A stretch of 49,930 nucleotides of DNA from an uncultured Lachnospiraceae bacterium (GTDB lineage Bacteria; Bacillota; Clostridia; Lachnospirales; Lachnospiraceae), in assembly GCA_905235585.1 (NCBI GenBank), contig CAJOME010000001.1, positions 1 to 49,930 on the forward strand, read 5' to 3'. The translations under genes and the position numbers were made by a program. Shown here piece after piece: positions 36,233-46,735 of the stretch. Positions within the stretch are counted from its first letter, which is position 1. Every line of letters starts with the position of its first letter. Below the pieces are notes generated by a model that saw only the letters and a program-made list of their open reading frames with translations, did no database searches and had not been told where the DNA came from.

Positions 36233-38572
36233 TCACATCTGTGAAAGGATGTAGTCCTTTACGCAGTCCAGAGTACTTGTCTTCCAGTCTCCGCTTTCAG
36301 CCTGCATGGCAAGCGGACAGATTATGTGAAAGTCGAGAGCTTCACCCGGGACCCGGCCGCTTCTTTTAGGCTCCATAAAGCTGGCGGTCCAGTCCTCTTC
36401 CGTAGCGTTCTCATATTTATCGGGATACAGGAACAGCTGCTGTCTCTTGGTGGCCGCTATGAACATCTTTGCGGAAAGAGGAGACAGCTTTTTGTATTCT
36501 TCTTCACATACATCCGTAAATATAGCCGGAAGATCGGCGCTTTCTATGTGTTCGTTGGAGCGGTTTATCCTAAGACCGTGAGCCTCAAAGGAGAAACGTT
36601 CCTCTGTGAAGCTCAGCCGCAGGATGATGCCCTTTTCCGTATTATACTGGGCTCTCTGATAATCCGTATCGAATATGAAGTTGCCGAGAGAATAAAAGAT
36701 CGCCTTGGTGCCCACCGTCTCATAGTTCATGGGGACATGCGGATGATGAGCTACTATGACATCGGCTCCCATTTTCAGATACTCCAGATAGCGGTCTCTT
36801 GTATAAGGAGAGGGCAGAGCCGTAAACTCTTCGCCCCCGTGTGAGACCAGGACACACCAGCGACAGGTTTCTTTTATCTTATGGATGGTTTCGGCAATGG
36901 CATCCATATCGCTCCAGCTTAAGCAGCCTCCGTTATCTTCACCGGCTTTTTTGCACCCACGCTGATAGCCTACGGCAAACATACCTATGCCGCCTGCTTC
37001 CTGCAGGATGACAGGCTGCTTTGCTTCTTCTATGTTCATGCCCACTCCGAGTGTCAGACAGGCATTCTTTTTTGCCTCTCTTAAGGTCATGGCCAGTCCG
37101 TATTCACCGGCATCCATTATGTGGTTATTTGCGAGATTCCATATATCCGCATGGAGTTTGTTGAATAATGAAACGGCTCCGGGGTCGATCGTGTGCATCA
37201 GCCGCATTTCTTTAGCCTGCATACGCTCTGCGTTTTCATCCACCAGCGCGCCCTCTACGTTTATCACGGTATGATCCGAAGAGGTAAGGATATCCATTAT
37301 TTTGGGATCGATAAAGCACGGATCTGTCCATTTGTCCTTCATATAATGGTCAAAGGCGATATCCCCGGTAAAGGTGATCGTAGAGGTGTTTTTGACCAGT
37401 CTGCAGTATACATTTCCTCTCTCTTCAAAGTTTTTGAAGTATCCGTATGAAGCGGCAGCGGGAGAAAGTATGCAGGCTTTGCCCTCGGGGGTGATCTCCT
37501 CCGCGAGCCGTACGGCCTGCTGCAGATCCTCTTTGTAATGACAGTTAGGAAGTGAAGCTACCGCTTCGTATATCCTTTTACCGGACATATACATCATTAC
37601 AAAGGAAATATCAGGATGTTCCTTTATGAAATCGATAAGCACGCTGTAGTCAATGCCGCGATCCATCCCGCCTATCAGCAGAGTACCGGTGTTTTGTATA
37701 CTGCATGCGGCAGCCACCGAGGCTTCGGGAATCGTGGATATGGAATCATTGTAATAATCAATGCCGCTCTTTGTGGTCACATATTCCATACGGTGATGGA
37801 GTCCCCTGAAGCCGGCGATACTTGACCGGATGTCATTGTCGCTGCAGTCAAAAAGAGTCCTGCAGACAGTATATACAAAGGTCGCGTTTAACTGATTGTG
37901 CTCACCCTTGAGCGACGTATCAAAATGCAGCATGTCTTTGCTGTCTACATGATATACCGTCGCCGGGGTACCAAGCTCCGGCACGGTATCACCGACGAAA
38001 AGGAAGTCTCCCTGCTTTTGATGTGTTGCGATATTTGACTTGGCTTTAAAGTAATTTGCTCTTGTCCCGTAGAAGTCAAGATGATCCTCATACAGATTTA
38101 AGAATACGGCAATATGAGGCGAGACCTTCAGGTGAGCCAGCTGATGGCAGGACATTTCAAAGATGATCACAGTATCATCGTCTATCCTGTCATATACGTC
38201 GAGACAGGGATAGCCGATGTTTCCCACCAGAAGGGTGTTTCTTTGTGTACACTCGGTAAGAACGTGATACATTAGGGACGAAGTCGTGCTTTTCCCTTTG
38301 GTTCCGGTGACCCCGATGATACGGTCTGAAAATTCCTCCAAAAAGAGATCCGTGGATGAGGTGTATTTTTCACTGTAACCGTCGGTCTTAATCCCGGGAC
38401 TTTTTATAATCAGATCATAGGAGTCCTCATTTATATCCTCCTGTCTGCCTTCAAATATGTCCAAAGAAGAGACCGGACAGTGTTTTTTTATAAATCTTTC
38501 CGCGGATCTCCCCTCCAGGCCGTAGCCCCATATCAGTATTCTTTTATCGGCTAATCTTTCGGTGATCTTCAA
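36233..38572 (-). CDS. MurD-like amide ligase fused to CapA/PgsA-type metallophosphoesterase domain
   Basis: N-terminal ~395 aa: WGYGLEG, GTKGKSTT, EMSCHQL, DHLD, NDSIST, SPAAASY..FKNFEERG; C-terminal: FTGD, NVEG, LANNHIMDAG, AHHPHV, YSLGNF; TTG start after GGGGGA. Confidence 0.85.
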   Translation of the reverse strand: MKITERLADKRILIWGYGLEGRSAERFIKKHCPVSSLDIFEGRQEDINEDSYDLIIKSPGIKTDGYSEKYTSSTDLFLEEFSDRIIGVTGTKGKSTTSSLMYHVLTECTQRNTLLVGNIGYPCLDVYDRIDDDTVIIFEMSCHQLAHLKVSPHIAVFLNLYEDHLDFYGTRANYFKAKSNIATHQKQGDFLFVGDTVPELGTPATVYHVDSKDMLHFDTSLKGEHNQLNATFVYTVCRTLFDCSDNDIRSSIAGFRGLHHRMEYVTTKSGIDYYNDSISTIPEASVAAACSIQNTGTLLIGGMDRGIDYSVLIDFIKEHPDISFVMMYMSGKRIYEAVASLPNCHYKEDLQQAVRLAEEITPEGKACILSPAAASYGYFKNFEERGNVYCRLVKNTSTITFTGDIAFDHYMKDKWTDPCFIDPKIMDILTSSDHTVINVEGALVDENAERMQAKEMRLMHTIDPGAVSLFNKLHADIWNLANNHIMDAGEYGLAMTLREAKKNACLTLGVGMNIEEAKQPVILQEAGGIGMFAVGYQRGCKKAGEDNGGCLSWSDMDAIAETIHKIKETCRWCVLVSHGGEEFTALPSPYTRDRYLEYLKMGADVIVAHHPHVPMNYETVGTKAIFYSLGNFIFDTDYQRAQYNTEKGIILRLSFTEERFSFEAHGLRINRSNEHIESADLPAIFTDVCEEEYKKLSPLSAKMFIAATKRQQLFLYPDKYENATEEDWTASFMEPKRSGRVPGEALDFHIICPLAMQAESGDWKTSTLDCVKDYILSQM

Positions 38573-38604
38573 AGCTGTCCCCCGACTGTTATATTTTTTC
38601 GGTA

Positions 38605-38634
38605 ATTATACTCTTTGACGGTGTCGGATATCAA
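38605..38634 (-). promoter_or_regulatory. Sigma-A promoter of the murD-capA fusion
   Basis: Minus strand TTGATA-N18-TATAAT. Confidence 0.6.
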
Positions 38635-38642
38635 GAACAGCA

Positions 38643-38788
38643 GTTACTGTTCACACCTTACAGGTGCTCACAGCAACTGGATTTGCCCGATAAAATTGCC
38701 TTCGGCAATGGGGCAAATCCTTGTATTGGCTTCTGTAATCTTTCTCACGCTCAGCGCAGCAAGTGCGCAGAGCTGTCTGAACAGTAAC
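38643..38788 (-). mobile_element. MITE-like element, copy 3 (146 bp, inverted)
   Basis: Reverse complement differs from copy 1 at 2 positions; flanks GAACAGCA / GAACAGGA (7/8). Confidence 0.9.
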
Positions 38789-38810
38789 GAACAGGACGCT
38801 CAATGTAACG

Positions 38811-38839
38811 TGGACAACGTTAATGGCAAAGGTTATACT
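38811..38839 (+). promoter_or_regulatory. Sigma-A promoter of uvrB
   Basis: TGGACA-N17-TATACT. Confidence 0.6.
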
Positions 38840-38880
38840 TACAACCGTAACCTGTTATTGCTGATGAGGTGATTTTGCAG

Positions 38881-40878
38881 ATGGATTTTAAGCTTCATTC
38901 GGAATATCAGCCTACAGGCGATCAGCCGCAGGCCATAGAGAAGCTGGTGCAGGGTTTTAAGGAGGGCAATCAGGCAGAGACCCTGCTCGGGGTCACGGGC
39001 TCAGGCAAGACCTTTACCATGGCGAATGTGATACAGGCTCTTAACATACCCACTCTGATCATCTCCCACAACAAGACGCTCGCCGGTCAGCTATATGGCG
39101 AGATGAAAGAATTCTTTCCCGAGAACGCCGTTGAGTATTTTGTGTCCTATTACGACTACTATCAGCCGGAAGCGTATGTGCCGTCATCGGACACCTATAT
39201 TGAGAAGGATTCTTCTGTAAATGACGAGATAGATAAGCTGCGGCTGTCAGCCACAGCGTCACTTGCCGAGAGAAAGGATGTCATCGTCGTGGCATCAGTC
39301 TCCTGTATATACGGTCTGGGCTCGCCGGATGATTACATGAACATGATGATCTCCCTGCGTCCCGGTATGCAAAAGGACAGGGATGAGGTCATACATGAGC
39401 TTATAGGGATCAGATACGACCGGGCTCAGGCAGACTTTAAGAGATCCACCTTCAGGGTACACGGAGACTTATTGGATATATTTCCTGCCGAGTCGGATGA
39501 CACCGGGATAAGAGTGGAGTTTTTTGGAGATGAGATAGACAGGCTTGTCGAGTTTGATGTCCTTACCGGACATCTGAAATCAGAGCTGAAGCATGCCGCC
39601 ATATTTCCCGCATCACACTATGTGGTCACCAGGGATAAGATGGAGCGCGGCATAGCGGAGATAGAGCGTGAGCTCAAAGAAAGAGTGGATTTCTTTAAGT
39701 CTGAGGACAGACTCATAGAGGCACAGAGGATATCCGAGAGAACCAACTTTGACATAGAGATGATGCGGGAAACGGGCTTCTGCTCCGGCATAGAGAACTA
39801 TTCGAGACCTCTGTCGGGCAGGGCACCGGGATCTGCTCCGATGACACTTATGGACTTCTTCCCGGATGATTATCTGCTGATAGTCGATGAAAGCCATATC
39901 ACGATACCTCAGATAGGAGGGATGTACAACGGAGACCAGTCGAGAAAGACCACTCTTGTGGACTATGGCTTCAGGCTTCCCTCGGCAAAGGATAACAGAC
40001 CGCTGTCATTTGACGAGTGGGAGGGACATCTTGATAAGATACTCTTTGTATCGGCGACCCCGGCTGACTATGAGGCACAGCATGAGCTGTTAAGAGCTGA
40101 GCAGATCATCAGACCGACTGGACTGCTTGACCCCGGGATCTCGGTGAGACCTACCGAGGGGCAGATAGATGATCTGGTGACGGAGATAAACAAAGAGACG
40201 GCTAAGAAGGGAAAGATACTCGTCACTACACTTACCAAGCGTATGGCGGAGGATCTCACGGATTACCTCAGAGAGATCGGCATAAGGGTCAAGTATCTGC
40301 ATTCAGACATAGATACGCTTGAAAGAGCACAGATAATAAGAGATATGCGGCTGGATGCATTTGATGTGCTTGTGGGGATCAATCTGCTGAGAGAGGGACT
40401 CGATATCCCGGAGGTGTCTCTTATAGCGATAATAGATGCGGATAAGGAAGGATTTCTGCGATCGTCCACATCCCTTATACAGACTGTCGGGAGGGCTGCG
40501 CGTAATGCGGAGGGCCATGTGATCATGTATGCCGACACTGTCACCGGCTCCATGAAAGAGTGTATAGATGAAACAAACAGGCGGCGCAGGATCCAGCAGG
40601 AATACAATAAAGAGCATGGCATCACGCCGCAGACGATAAAAAAGGCTGTCAGAGATCTGATATCGATCTCCAAGTCCATCGCAAAGAGCGAATATGAGAT
40701 GGAGAAGGATCCCGAGTCGATGAGCGGGGATGAGCTTAAAAAGCTTGCGGCAAAGATAGAGAAGCAGATGAAAAAGGCCGCAGCGGAGCTTGACTTTGAG
40801 ACAGCTGCGATGCTTCGTGATAAAATGATAGAGTTAAAGAGGCAGAGTGGGGCATGCGAGATAAGCAGTGCATCATAG
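38881..40878 (+). CDS. uvrB: Excinuclease ABC subunit B
   Basis: [18 protein letters not shown] beta-hairpin, [19 protein letters not shown]-terminal UVR domain. Confidence 0.97.
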   Translation: MDFKLHSEYQPTGDQPQAIEKLVQGFKEGNQAETLLGVTGSGKTFTMANVIQALNIPTLIISHNKTLAGQLYGEMKEFFPENAVEYFVSYYDYYQPEAYVPSSDTYIEKDSSVNDEIDKLRLSATASLAERKDVIVVASVSCIYGLGSPDDYMNMMISLRPGMQKDRDEVIHELIGIRYDRAQADFKRSTFRVHGDLLDIFPAESDDTGIRVEFFGDEIDRLVEFDVLTGHLKSELKHAAIFPASHYVVTRDKMERGIAEIERELKERVDFFKSEDRLIEAQRISERTNFDIEMMRETGFCSGIENYSRPLSGRAPGSAPMTLMDFFPDDYLLIVDESHITIPQIGGMYNGDQSRKTTLVDYGFRLPSAKDNRPLSFDEWEGHLDKILFVSATPADYEAQHELLRAEQIIRPTGLLDPGISVRPTEGQIDDLVTEINKETAKKGKILVTTLTKRMAEDLTDYLREIGIRVKYLHSDIDTLERAQIIRDMRLDAFDVLVGINLLREGLDIPEVSLIAIIDADKEGFLRSSTSLIQTVGRAARNAEGHVIMYADTVTGSMKECIDETNRRRRIQQEYNKEHGITPQTIKKAVRDLISISKSIAKSEYEMEKDPESMSGDELKKLAAKIEKQMKKAAAELDFETAAMLRDKMIELKRQSGACEISSAS

Positions 40879-40895
40879 ATAAAGGAGATCGAAGA

Positions 40896-41675
40896 ATGGG
40901 CAGGACATTATCGGTAGTAGTACCTACTTTCAACGAAGCAGGAAATGTAGCGGAGCTTGCGAAGCAGGTTGGAGAAGCACTCAGAGGAGTAGATTACAAT
41001 ATATGGTTTATTGACGATTCAAATGACAATACCCCCGAAGTGCTGGAAGAGCTATGCAAAGAGGATACACACTGTCATTTCAGGCACAGAGAGGCAGAAG
41101 AACAGACCGGACTTGCCACGGCAGTGATAGACGGTTTTCATATGGCGGACGGAGACTTTTTAGCCTGCATGGATGCGGATCTGCAGCATCCGCCCGCTAT
41201 CCTCAGACCTATGTACGCGGCAATGCTCTCCGGAGCGGATATCTGCATCCCGTCCAGACTGATCAGGGGCGGTTCAGACGGCGGACTAAACATAGTCAGG
41301 AAGTTTGTATCCGGTACTGCGCGCTGGATGGGCAAGGTAGCGCTGCCGTCTCTGAGAAATATATCCGATCCGACCTCCGGACTTTTCATGTTCCGCAAGG
41401 AAATGCTCGATGGAGCCGACCTGCAGCCCATAGGCTGGAAGATAATGGTGGAAGTGCTCGCGATGTGCAAATACAGTCTCGTGGTAGAGATACCATATAA
41501 ATTTCAGAACAGGAACTCAGGCGAGTCAAAGATCTCAAAGAAGGTCACGCTCCAGTATATAGAGCAGCTTGCGGATCTGAGTAAGAGAGGCATAAGCCAT
41601 AATACCGCGATGGTGACAAGATGGTCTCCGGAGTTTGCGGAGTCCATGATAAAAAAGTATTGCCCTGCTGAATAA
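40896..41675 (+). CDS. GT2 polyprenol-phosphate glycosyltransferase (Dpm1-like)
   Basis: [31 protein letters not shown]. Confidence 0.85.
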   Translation: MGRTLSVVVPTFNEAGNVAELAKQVGEALRGVDYNIWFIDDSNDNTPEVLEELCKEDTHCHFRHREAEEQTGLATAVIDGFHMADGDFLACMDADLQHPPAILRPMYAAMLSGADICIPSRLIRGGSDGGLNIVRKFVSGTARWMGKVALPSLRNISDPTSGLFMFRKEMLDGADLQPIGWKIMVEVLAMCKYSLVVEIPYKFQNRNSGESKISKKVTLQYIEQLADLSKRGISHNTAMVTRWSPEFAESMIKKYCPAE

Positions 41676-41696
41676 AGATATACGTATGAGGAGTAT

Positions 41697-44558
41697 ATGA
41701 AAAGGAAAACAGATGCAAAAAAGCTGATAAGGATAAGAGGTGCGAGGGAGCACAATCTGAAGTCTCTTTCGGTGGATATCCCAAGAAATGAACTGATAGT
41801 CATGACGGGGCTTTCCGGATCGGGAAAGTCCTCTCTTGCGTTTGACACAATATACGCGGAGGGACAGCGCAGATATATGCAGTCACTGTCCAGCTATGCG
41901 CGTATGTTTCTGGGGCAGATGGACAAGCCGGATGTAGACACCATAGAGGGACTGCCTCCCGCGATCTCCATAGATCAGAAGTCTACCAACAGAAATCCCC
42001 GGTCCACCGTAGGCACGGTCACGGAGATATATGATTACCTGAGACTTCTTTACGCGAGGATAGGCATACCGCATTGTCCGAACTGCGGCAAGCCCATAGA
42101 GAGGCAGACTGCGGACCAGATGGCAGATGCACTCATGAAGCTCCCGGAGAGGACGAAGATACAGCTTTTGGCACCTGTTGTCCGCGGTAAAAAAGGCAGA
42201 CACGAAAAGGTGATCGAGCGGGCAAGGAAGTCGGGATATGTCAGGGCGATAGTGGATGGTTCACTGTATGATCTGTCAGAGGACATCGAGCTGGATAAGA
42301 ATATCAGGCATTCGATAGACATCGTGGTCGACAGGCTGGTGGTCAAACCGGGTATAGAGACAAGACTTGCCGAATCGATAGAAAACGTGCTTGAAATATC
42401 GGAAGGGCTCTTAAATGTCGATGTGGACGGAAAGGAAACGATGGCTTTTTCAAACAGCTTTTCCTGTCCCGACTGCGGGATATCCATACCCCCTATAGAG
42501 CCGAGAAGCTTTTCCTTCAACAACCCCTTCGGAGCATGCCCCACCTGTGCGGGGCTGGGTTACAAGATGGAGTTTGACGAGGATCTGATGATACCCGACA
42601 AATCCCTTTCGTTTAACGAGGGGTGTGTGAACTGCATGGGCTGGATGAACTCCAGGGATCCCGGCAGCTACTCTCATGCACTGCTTGAGGCACTGGCAAA
42701 GAAATACAAATTTTCTCTGGATACACCCTACGAGAAGCTGTCAGAAAAGGTGAGGCATATTTTTGTCTACGGTACGGACGGCGAGGTAGTAAAGGTGCAC
42801 TATAAGGGACAAAGATCCGAGGGAGTATATGATGAAGCCTTTGAAGGTCTCATCAGGAATATGGAGCGCCGCTACAGAGAGACCTTTTCCGAGTCCGCCA
42901 AGGCAGAGTACGAACAGTATATGCGTATCTCACCCTGTGAGACCTGCAAAGGACAGCGGCTAAAAAAGGAATCCCTGGCGGTTACAGTCGATGACAGGAA
43001 TATCTTTGAGCTTACTGAGATGTCGGTGAAGCAGCTGCTGACATACTTCGACGCCATACCCGGATCCATCACCGAGCAGCAGCAGCTCATAGGCAGACAG
43101 ATAATAAAAGAGATACATTCGCGGATACGTTTCATGAACGATGTGGGGCTTGACTATCTTACACTGTCACGGGCTACGGCTACGCTTTCCGGCGGAGAGG
43201 CACAGCGTATAAGACTTGCGACACAGATAGGAAGCGGTCTCGTCGGGGTGGCATATATACTTGATGAGCCGTCGATAGGTCTGCATCAGAGAGACAATGA
43301 CAAGCTGCTCGCGACCTTACGGCACCTGCGGGATCTCGGCAACACCCTGATAGTCGTGGAGCATGATGAGGATACCATGAGGGCAGCGGATCAGATCATA
43401 GATATCGGGCCGGGAGCGGGTATACATGGCGGAAAGCTCGTAGCTCAGGGTACGGCGGATGAGATACAGAGGGTAAAGGACTCGGTGACCGGTAAATATC
43501 TGTCAGGGGAGCTCGCCATACCCGTGCCGGAGAAGAGAAGAAAGCCTGCCGGTTGGATCGAGATAAAAAAGGCAAGAGAAAACAATCTGAAAAACATAAA
43601 TGTGAAGATACCGACAGGTGTAATGACTATAGTCACCGGAGTATCCGGATCGGGCAAGTCTTCTCTTATAAACGAGATACTGTACAAGACCGCGGCAAGA
43701 AAGCTGAACCGCGCGCGCATAATAGCCGGAGCCTCTGACGGCATAAAGGGACTGGAGGCTCTCGACAAGGTCATAAACATAGATCAGTCACCTATCGGAA
43801 GGACGCCCAGATCCAATCCCGCGACCTACACCGGAGTGTTTGACATGATAAGAGATCTCTTTGCGAGTACATCGGAGGCAAGGGCAAGAGGCTACAGGAA
43901 AGGCCGATTTTCTTTTAATGTTAAAGGGGGCAGATGTGAAGCCTGCAGCGGTGACGGTATCATAAAGATAGAGATGCATTTCCTTCCCGATGTATTCGTG
44001 CCCTGCGATGTATGCCATGGCAGGAGATACAACAGAGAGACACTGGATATCGCCTACAAGGGAAAGAGTATAGCCGATGTCCTCGATATGACGGTGGATG
44101 AGGCATTGGGCTTCTTTGAGAACGTGCCGACCATAAGAAAAAAGATACAGACGCTCTATGATGTCGGACTCGGCTATGTGAAGCTGGGGCAGCCGTCCAC
44201 CGAGCTGTCGGGCGGAGAGGCACAGCGCATCAAGCTTGCGGCCGAGCTTTCAAGAAAGAGTACCGGTCGTACCATATATATTCTGGACGAGCCTACCACC
44301 GGCCTGCATTTTGATGATGTCAGGAAGCTCATAGATATATTGCAGAGACTTGCGGATATGGGCAACACCGTGGTCGTGATAGAGCACAATCTGGACGTGA
44401 TCAAATGCGGTGACTACATCATTGATATGGGACCGGAGGGCGGAGACGGCGGGGGTACGGTCGTTGCCAGCGGCACTCCGGAGGAGGTCGCAAAGAACAA
44501 AAAAAGCTATACGGGGATGTATATAGCCAAAATGCTCAGCCGAAAAAAGTTTAAATAA
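41697..44558 (+). CDS. uvrA: Excinuclease ABC subunit A
   Basis: Two ABC ATPase modules ([26 protein letters not shown] x2) and zinc fingers. Confidence 0.97.
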   Translation: MKRKTDAKKLIRIRGAREHNLKSLSVDIPRNELIVMTGLSGSGKSSLAFDTIYAEGQRRYMQSLSSYARMFLGQMDKPDVDTIEGLPPAISIDQKSTNRNPRSTVGTVTEIYDYLRLLYARIGIPHCPNCGKPIERQTADQMADALMKLPERTKIQLLAPVVRGKKGRHEKVIERARKSGYVRAIVDGSLYDLSEDIELDKNIRHSIDIVVDRLVVKPGIETRLAESIENVLEISEGLLNVDVDGKETMAFSNSFSCPDCGISIPPIEPRSFSFNNPFGACPTCAGLGYKMEFDEDLMIPDKSLSFNEGCVNCMGWMNSRDPGSYSHALLEALAKKYKFSLDTPYEKLSEKVRHIFVYGTDGEVVKVHYKGQRSEGVYDEAFEGLIRNMERRYRETFSESAKAEYEQYMRISPCETCKGQRLKKESLAVTVDDRNIFELTEMSVKQLLTYFDAIPGSITEQQQLIGRQIIKEIHSRIRFMNDVGLDYLTLSRATATLSGGEAQRIRLATQIGSGLVGVAYILDEPSIGLHQRDNDKLLATLRHLRDLGNTLIVVEHDEDTMRAADQIIDIGPGAGIHGGKLVAQGTADEIQRVKDSVTGKYLSGELAIPVPEKRRKPAGWIEIKKARENNLKNINVKIPTGVMTIVTGVSGSGKSSLINEILYKTAARKLNRARIIAGASDGIKGLEALDKVINIDQSPIGRTPRSNPATYTGVFDMIRDLFASTSEARARGYRKGRFSFNVKGGRCEACSGDGIIKIEMHFLPDVFVPCDVCHGRRYNRETLDIAYKGKSIADVLDMTVDEALGFFENVPTIRKKIQTLYDVGLGYVKLGQPSTELSGGEAQRIKLAAELSRKSTGRTIYILDEPTTGLHFDDVRKLIDILQRLADMGNTVVVIEHNLDVIKCGDYIIDMGPEGGDGGGTVVASGTPEEVAKNKKSYTGMYIAKMLSRKKFK

Positions 44559-44621
44559 GGGGTTAAGGAATCCTGTGATCCTGCCGATGTAATATCTACA
44601 GGGATTGTTTTTAATATGCAT

Positions 44622-44654
44622 GGACGCGCTTTATACAGGTGCGTCCTGTTTTTT
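44622..44654 (+). terminator. Rho-independent terminator after uvrA
   Basis: GGACGCGC...GTGCGTCC-TGTTTTTT. Confidence 0.65.
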
Positions 44655-44697
44655 ATTGAAAGTTTCATTATTTTAGGTTATCCTTATTTGTTGATAA

Positions 44698-44790
44698 GTA
44701 ACTATTCACTATAGCCCGAAGCCCTTGCCGTAGGCAATTTTCTTGGGCAAATCCGGTTGCTGTGAGCACCTGCAAGGTGTGAACAGTAAC
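44698..44790 (+). mobile_element. MITE-like element, copy 4 (short variant)
   Basis: The right ~70 bp match copy 2 through TGAACAGTAAC; the left end is GTAACTATTCA (9/11 to TIR); no target duplication visible. Confidence 0.75.
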
Positions 44791-44836
44791 AATTAAGCGA
44801 TAATAATTCGGCACACAACGACGAAATGAGGATAAT

Positions 44837-45835
44837 ATGAGCGGAACTGATATAGGCATAGATCTGGGCACGGCAAGCGTGCTGGTATATATAAGAGGCA
44901 AGGGAGTGGTCTTGAAGGAGCCCTCCGTGGTTGCCTTTGACAGGGATACCAACAAGATAATGGCGATCGGCGAGGAAGCCCGCCTGATGCTCGGCCGTAC
45001 ACCCGGCAATATAGTAGCCATAAGGCCGATGAGACAGGGAGTCATCTCAAACTACACCGTTACGGAGAAGATGCTCAAGTATTTCATCCAGAAGGCGGTC
45101 GGCAAAAGGACATTCCGTAAGCCGAGGATCTGCGTGGGAGTACCGTCAGCGGCATCAGAGGTCGAGAGAAAGGCCGTAGAGGATGCGGCATATCAGGCCG
45201 GAGCGAGAGAGGTAAGGATCATAGAGGAGCCGATTGCTGCAGCCATAGGAGCAGGCATAGATATAGAGAAGCCCTGTGGCAACATGGTAGTGGATATAGG
45301 CGGAGGCACCTCCGATATCGCGGTGATATCTCTCGGAGGACCGGTAGAGTCCACATCGATCAAGGTAGCCGGAGATGATTTTGACGAAGCGATCGTCAGA
45401 TACATGAGAAAGAAGCACAACCTTCTCATCGGAGAGCCGACAGCCGAGGATCTGAAGATAAATATAGGCTCGGTGTTCAGGAGACCCGAGGTGGATTATA
45501 TGGATGTGAGAGGCAGAAACCTGCTTACCGGGCTTCCGGTGACAGTCAAGGTATCATCCGAGGAGACCGAGGAGGCTCTCAGGGAGGCCACTTCACAGAT
45601 AATAGAAGCAATACACAGCGTTTTGGAGCGCACTCCCCCGGAGCTGGCAGCGGATATAGCGTCGAGAGGCATTGTGCTCACAGGCGGAGGAGCGATGCTG
45701 AGAGGGCTCGAAGAGCTCATTACCGAAAAGACCGGGATCAATACAATGACGGCAGAGGATCCGATGACAGCGGTCGCGGTAGGTACCGGAAAGTACGTCA
45801 ACCTAATGGCGGGATATCAGGAAGAGGACAATTAA
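44837..45835 (+). CDS. mreB: Rod shape-determining protein MreB/Mbl
   Basis: GIDLGTA, EEPIAAAIGAG, VDIGGGT, LTGGGA. Confidence 0.93.
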   Translation: MSGTDIGIDLGTASVLVYIRGKGVVLKEPSVVAFDRDTNKIMAIGEEARLMLGRTPGNIVAIRPMRQGVISNYTVTEKMLKYFIQKAVGKRTFRKPRICVGVPSAASEVERKAVEDAAYQAGAREVRIIEEPIAAAIGAGIDIEKPCGNMVVDIGGGTSDIAVISLGGPVESTSIKVAGDDFDEAIVRYMRKKHNLLIGEPTAEDLKINIGSVFRRPEVDYMDVRGRNLLTGLPVTVKVSSEETEEALREATSQIIEAIHSVLERTPPELAADIASRGIVLTGGGAMLRGLEELITEKTGINTMTAEDPMTAVAVGTGKYVNLMAGYQEEDN

Positions 45836-45837
45836 TC

Positions 45838-46638
45838 ATGGTAAAAGGTCTGTACACGGCACATAGCGCAATGATAAACGAGCAGCACAGGATGGATACA
45901 CTGACGAACAATCTGGCCAATGTATCCACTACCGGTTTTAAGAAAGAGGGTGCTACGTCACAGACCTTTGCTGATGCGCTTGCCGTAAAGCTCAAGGACT
46001 CATCCGAGTGGTTTCTGTCCAGAAGGCTCGGGGACATGCAACCCGGCGTAAAGATAGGCGAGAATTACACCGACTGGTCTCAGGGTGCTTTCAGAGGCAC
46101 GGAAAATACCTTCGATCTGGCACTTTCGGATTCCGGGTTTTTCGAGATAGAGTTCACGGACAAGGCCGGTAATACCACCGTTAAATATACAAGAGACGGT
46201 TCCTTTACGCTGACCAAAGAGGGAGTGCTCGTTACCAAGGATGGTGACTACGTACTGGATACCAACGGCAACCATATCCAGATCGATCCCATGCAGGAGA
46301 CCAGCATAGACAGACAAGGCAATATCACTCAGGGTGAGAACAATCAGATCATCGCCACGATAGGCACCATAGATTTCGAGAGAAATGAAGAAGGCACCGA
46401 TTATTACTATCTGGAAAAGTACGGTGAGAATATGTGGCAGACGATAGACGGGGCCACGCCCATTGAATCCAATGCACAGATATACTCGGGATATCTCGAG
46501 CAGTCCAATGTGGAGACCGTGCAGGAGATGGTCAACATGATATCCGTGCAGAGACAGTATGAGATCAACCAGAAGATAATACAGACTATGGATTCAAGCC
46601 TTGAGAATGCGGTAAACCAGCTGGGCAAGCTTAGGTAA
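45838..46638 (+). CDS. Flagellar basal-body rod protein (FlgF/FlgG-like, FlhO)
   Basis: NNLANVSTTGFK, YTRDGSF, LEQSNV..V.EMV. Confidence 0.87.
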   Translation: MVKGLYTAHSAMINEQHRMDTLTNNLANVSTTGFKKEGATSQTFADALAVKLKDSSEWFLSRRLGDMQPGVKIGENYTDWSQGAFRGTENTFDLALSDSGFFEIEFTDKAGNTTVKYTRDGSFTLTKEGVLVTKDGDYVLDTNGNHIQIDPMQETSIDRQGNITQGENNQIIATIGTIDFERNEEGTDYYYLEKYGENMWQTIDGATPIESNAQIYSGYLEQSNVETVQEMVNMISVQRQYEINQKIIQTMDSSLENAVNQLGKLR

Positions 46639-46735
46639 CGCATTCATCCGACAGCGTATTTCAGTAAGCCCATCCATGAAGTCCGGACTTATCAGACTTC
46701 CCCGGGTATCCGGTATATGAGAAAGGAGAGATATA

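Noticed and set aside
38635-38646. Possible LexA box GAAC-AGCA-GTTA upstream of uvrB
   Set aside because: Imperfect match to GAAC-N4-GTTC, created by the MITE junction and ~165 nt from the uvrB promoter.
4615-44790. Repeats as CRISPR array or attC cassettes
   Set aside because: Copies are dispersed kilobases apart with TIRs and target duplications; no regular spacers, cas genes or integron integrase.
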